NCBI GenBank assembly: GCA_965223505.1
Contig: CBDCWP010000021.1
Location: forward strand, 431,237-495,236
Direction: 5' to 3'
Source: Planctomycetota bacterium
GTDB taxonomy: Bacteria; Planctomycetota; PLA2; JAEUHO01
Length of the DNA stretch: 64,000 bases
Shown one piece after another: positions 60,607 to 64,000 of this stretch. The translations under genes and the position numbers were made by a program. The notes beneath the pieces are model-generated. The model saw nothing but the letters and a program-made list of their open reading frames with translations. It did not search any database and was not told where the DNA came from. Within the stretch, counting starts at the first letter, position 1. Each line of letters begins with the position of its first letter.

Positions 60607-61494
60607 ATGGCCGAGCTGCGTACCGTCGGGGTGCTGGGATGTGGCCTCATGGGCGGCGGTATCGCGCAGGTCTGCGCGACTGCTGGTCTCGACACAGTCG
60701 TGCGCGAGGTCGAGCAAGATCCGCTCGACCGCGGCATCGCCGGCGTGACCGGACAGCTCGATCGCCAGGTCCAGCGCGAGCGAATCACGCAGGACGAGCG
60801 TGACGCGATCATCGGCCGTCTGCACCCGACGACGAACCTCGAAGAGCTCGCCGACTGCGACCTCGTGATCGAGGCGGTGACCGAGGACCTCGGGCTGAAA
60901 CAGGAGGTCTGGAAGGCCGTCGATGGGATCGTGCAGCCGGAGGCGATCTTCGCCTCGAACACCTCGAGCCTCACGATCTCGGCAATGGCGGCGGCAACGA
61001 GCCGCCCCGAGCGCTTCGTCGGCATCCACTTCTTCAACCCGGCGCCGGTGATGCGTCTTGTCGAGGTCGTGCGCACGGTAACGACCTCGGACGAGACGTT
61101 CGAGCAGGCGATGAAGCTCGCGAGGCAGCTCGGCAAGGAGCCGATCGCGGCGAAGGACCACTCCGGGTTCACCGTGAACCTGCTGCTGATCCCGTTCATC
61201 CTCGACGCGATTCGCGCCGCCGAACGCGGGCTCGCCTCGATCGAGGACATCGACACGGGGATGCAGCTCGGCGCGAACCACCCGATGGGACCGCTGAGGC
61301 TGGCCGACTTCATCGGCCTCGACACCGTCTTCAAGATCGCGGAAATCATGCACGCCGAGCACCTCGAGCCGCGCTACGGGCCGCCGCCGTTGCTGCGACG
61401 GATGGTGCTGTCCGGGATGTACGGGCCGAAATCCGGAAAGGGCTTCTACAACTACTCGACAGACCCGCCGAGCGTCTCCGAGCTCGGGCTGTAG
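60607..61494 (+). CDS. 3-hydroxybutyryl/3-hydroxyacyl-CoA dehydrogenase
   Basis: GCGLMGGGIA, EAVTE, SNTSS, HFFNP, PMGP. Confidence 0.93.
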   Translation: MAELRTVGVLGCGLMGGGIAQVCATAGLDTVVREVEQDPLDRGIAGVTGQLDRQVQRERITQDERDAIIGRLHPTTNLEELADCDLVIEAVTEDLGLKQEVWKAVDGIVQPEAIFASNTSSLTISAMAAATSRPERFVGIHFFNPAPVMRLVEVVRTVTTSDETFEQAMKLARQLGKEPIAAKDHSGFTVNLLLIPFILDAIRAAERGLASIEDIDTGMQLGANHPMGPLRLADFIGLDTVFKIAEIMHAEHLEPRYGPPPLLRRMVLSGMYGPKSGKGFYNYSTDPPSVSELGL

Positions 61495-61506
61495 CAGGGA
61501 CGACCG

Positions 61507-62286
61507 ATGGCCGCTGCACGATTCGAGGGCAAAGTCGCCGTGATCACCGGGGCGGCCGGCGGCATCGGACGCGCCGCAGCCGAACGACTCGCGTCCGAGG
61601 GCGCAAACGTGGTGCTCGTCGACCTCGAGGGAAGCGATCTCGCGGCGGCGGTCGACGCCGTTGAGACCGCTGGTGGCCAGGCGCTCTCCGTCGAAGCGGA
61701 TGTGACGCGCGCTGCCGATGTCGAGCGATACGTGCAGGAGGCGATCGGGCGCTTCGGGCAGATCGACGTCTTCTTCAACAACGCCGGCATCGAGGGCGTC
61801 GTGCAGCCGCTGACCGCATACCCCGAGGATGTCTTCGACCGCGTGATCGCGGTCAACCTGAAGGGTGTGTGGCTCGGGATGAAGCACGTCGCTCCGGCGA
61901 TGGCCGAGCGCGGCGACGGGGCCATCGTGAACACGGCCTCGACGGCCGGTCTCGGCTCGACGCCCGGCATCATCGCGTATGGCGCGAGCAAGCACGCGGT
62001 CGTTGGCATGACGAAGACCGCAGCCATGGAGCTCGCGCGCTCGGGCGTCCGGGTCAACGCGATCTGTCCCTCCCCGATCGAGACGCGAATGATGCGCTCA
62101 CTCGAGGAGGGAATGGCGCCCGGCGACGCGGAGGCCGCGCACGTGCGCTTCGCTCGCAACATCCCCCTCGGCCGCTACGGCGAACCCGAGGAGGTCGCGT
62201 CGCTCGTCGCGTTCCTCGCGAGTGACGAGGCGGCCTACATCACCGGCGGCGTCTACACCGTCGACGGCGGCTCGCGGGCGAGGTAG
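61507..62286 (+). CDS. SDR family oxidoreductase
   Basis: TGAAGGIG, NNAG, YGASK. Confidence 0.93.
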   Translation: MAAARFEGKVAVITGAAGGIGRAAAERLASEGANVVLVDLEGSDLAAAVDAVETAGGQALSVEADVTRAADVERYVQEAIGRFGQIDVFFNNAGIEGVVQPLTAYPEDVFDRVIAVNLKGVWLGMKHVAPAMAERGDGAIVNTASTAGLGSTPGIIAYGASKHAVVGMTKTAAMELARSGVRVNAICPSPIETRMMRSLEEGMAPGDAEAAHVRFARNIPLGRYGEPEEVASLVAFLASDEAAYITGGVYTVDGGSRAR

Positions 62287-62302
62287 CGCTGGCGGTGCGG
62301 CC

Positions 62303-63048
62303 GTGAGCGCCTTCGTCTACGAGCAGATCGGCCACGGCTACGCTGTCTCGCGGCAGCCGGACCCGCGGATCGCGGCGCAGATCGAGCGTGCGCTCGGCGA
62401 TGCCGAGAGCGTCGTCAACGTCGGCGCGGGCACTGGCTCGTATGAGCCCGAGGGCGCGCGTGTAGTCGCGGTCGAGCCATCGCCGACGATGATCGCGCAA
62501 CGCACCTCTGAACGCTGCCGGTCCTGCGCGCGGTCGCCGAAGCGCTGCCGCTCGCGGATGCGAGCTTCGACGCGGCTCTGGCGGTGCTGACGATCCACCA
62601 CTGGACGGACCAGCGGCGCGGCCTCGATGAGCTGCGCCGGGTCGCATCGTCGCGCGTCGTGGTCCTGACGTGGGACCTCGAGGCGGGCGCCGACTTCTGG
62701 CTGCTCGAGTACTTCCCGGCCATCGTCGACCTCGATCGCGGTCGCTTCCCGCCGGTCGACGAAGTCTGCGAGTGGCTGGGCGCGCGCGCCGAGCCCGCGC
62801 CCGTCCCGTACGACTGCCACGACGGCTTCCTCGGCTCGCGCTGGCGAGACCCGGAGGCCTACCTCGACGGCGACTTTCGGGCGGCGATGTCGGGCTTCTC
62901 GCAGCTCGCGCCGCGCGAGGTTGAGCGAGGCGTCGAGCGGCTCGCGCGCGAGCTGCGCGGTGGTGCGTGGGAGCGACGCTTCGGCTCGCTGCGCGAGCTC
63001 GAGACGCTGGACCTCGGGTACCGGCTGCTCGTCGCCGAGGTGGACTGA
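62303..63048 (+). pseudogene. Class I SAM methyltransferase with one frameshift near 62510 (pseudogene or sequencing error)
   Basis: VNVGAGTGSYEP..VEPS..MIAQR in one frame; AEALPLADASFD..TIHHW..DLGYRL in another. Confidence 0.75.
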
Positions 63049-63057
63049 GCGGGCTAT

Positions 63058-63132
63058 TGGTAGCAGGGGCCGGATTCGAACCGGCGACCGACGGCTTATG
63101 AGTCCGCTGCTCTGCCTCTGAGCTACCCTGCC
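63058..63132 (-). tRNA. tRNA with CAT anticodon (probably elongator Met; Ile2 not excluded)
   Basis: GGCAGGGTAGCTCAG...CTCATAA...GGTTCGAATCC...CCCTGCTACCA. Confidence 0.93.
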
Positions 63133-63212
63133 ACCCCGTATTTGAAACGAGGCCGCGCGCTGCTGTCCAGCGAGCGGCCTCGATGTGCCGAAGCGAGCGG
63201 CGCTTGCCGCGC

Positions 63213-63741
63213 CTAGAGCAGAATCAGCAGCACGACCACCATGCTGATTGTCGGTGCGAGGTTCGCCGCGACGGCGATCGAACCCGGCGGACCGCAGATC
63301 GAGGTCCATCGTCTCCATGATCGCGACCGTGTAGGCGGCCAGCGTCAGTCCGATCGCGATCAGCCCGACCCAGATCGCGCCGAACGGAACGATGAGGAAC
63401 AGCGCCAGCGCGCGAGGTACGTTCGCGTAGGCAAGCACGCGGAAGACGCGCAGCGCCTTCGTGCCGGCGAGTCCCGGCGCGACCTCGGTTCCGAGGTAGT
63501 ACGCGATCCCAAAGCTCGACGCCCAGAGCACGAGCGCCGCAGGGAATTGCGCGGCTGCCATCTCGATCCCGAGGCGCACGTGGCCGATGGCGTACAGCGC
63601 GCTTGCAGCGAAGACGAGCGCACCCGCCTCGGTGGTGGCGTAGGGATCAGAGGCGATCTCTCGGAAGACGTTGCGGTCGAGCAGGAAGGTACGAACTAGA
63701 CGGTCGGTGGCGAAGCTTCGATTCCGTGCCGTTTGCGCCAA
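63213..63741 (-). CDS. Yip1-like membrane protein with apparent frameshift near 63283
   Basis: GGAGG SD + TTG; FREIASDP, RVLAYANVP; the last TM (IAVAANLAPTISMVVVLLILL*) lies in the +1 frame. Confidence 0.65.
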
Positions 63742-63843
63742 GGGGGTCCTCCACCTCGGTTCGGCCGCGTCGTGCGGCCCGTGCACACAGGGCCAGCCCT
63801 GATCATCGGCAGCCTGACGACCTTCTGAAGGGGTGGATCCGGA

Positions 63844-63999
63844 CTAAATCTGGGCTTCGCCTGCCACGGACTCGAGGCGCATCGCGCACCGCGCCGAGTC
63901 GCCGAGCAGTACTTCGAAGAGCACGCGACGCAGCGTGCGTTCGCCCCATGGGGTTTCGTGTTCCTCGTCGAGCCTTGAGGAAAGCGTGCGCGCGACGGA
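63844..63999 (-). CDS. 3' end of a hypothetical protein entering from beyond the window
   Basis: Hand translation ...DEEHETPWGERTLRRVLFEVLLGDSARCAMRLESVAGEAQI*. Confidence 0.45.
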   Translation of the reverse strand, partial: SVARTLSSRLDEEHETPWGERTLRRVLFEVLLGDSARCAMRLESVAGEAQI

Positions 64000-64000
64000 A

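Noticed and set aside
62500..63290. Frameshifts in the methyltransferase (~62510) and Yip1-like gene (~63283) as recoding
   Set aside because: Isolated, with no shared slippery motif, in the post-junction segment; likely indel errors or decay.

Overview
High-GC (roughly two-thirds G+C by eye) bacterial DNA. Bases 1 to ~57,330 look like a diderm, Planctomycetota-like genome (inference from a sigma-TM-periplasmic ECF fusion, single-pass carboxypeptidase-regulatory-like proteins and a Trx7/PDZ protein). This part carries a minor-pilin cluster, napAB, a Tes-like radical SAM/Lgt-like pair, a complete suf operon, truB, tRNA-Ser(GCT), a DEAD-box helicase and a TonB-receptor-like gene. Near 57,330 a HEAT-repeat gene is cut off and different gene content begins (cofD-cofC, TauE, USP, 3-hydroxyacyl-CoA dehydrogenase, SDR, tRNA-CAT), probably a contig junction. 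The main signals are recoding events that the ORF track misses. (1) A small SEC-C zinc-motif gene (8043-8294) reads as a coherent protein only after three successive +1 shifts, each at an in-frame C-TTT-C. (2) Three genes hold five in-frame UGA codons followed by SECIS-like hairpins: a secreted c-type cytochrome-like protein with two UGAs, a Sec-MsrA, and a Trx7/PDZ protein with a U-x-x-U-x-x-C motif. Also notable are a secreted C25-peptidase-like/LanC-like fusion and a ~255-bp-period non-coding repeat. No CRISPR array, rRNA or transposase was seen. All family calls come from motif recognition, not database searches.
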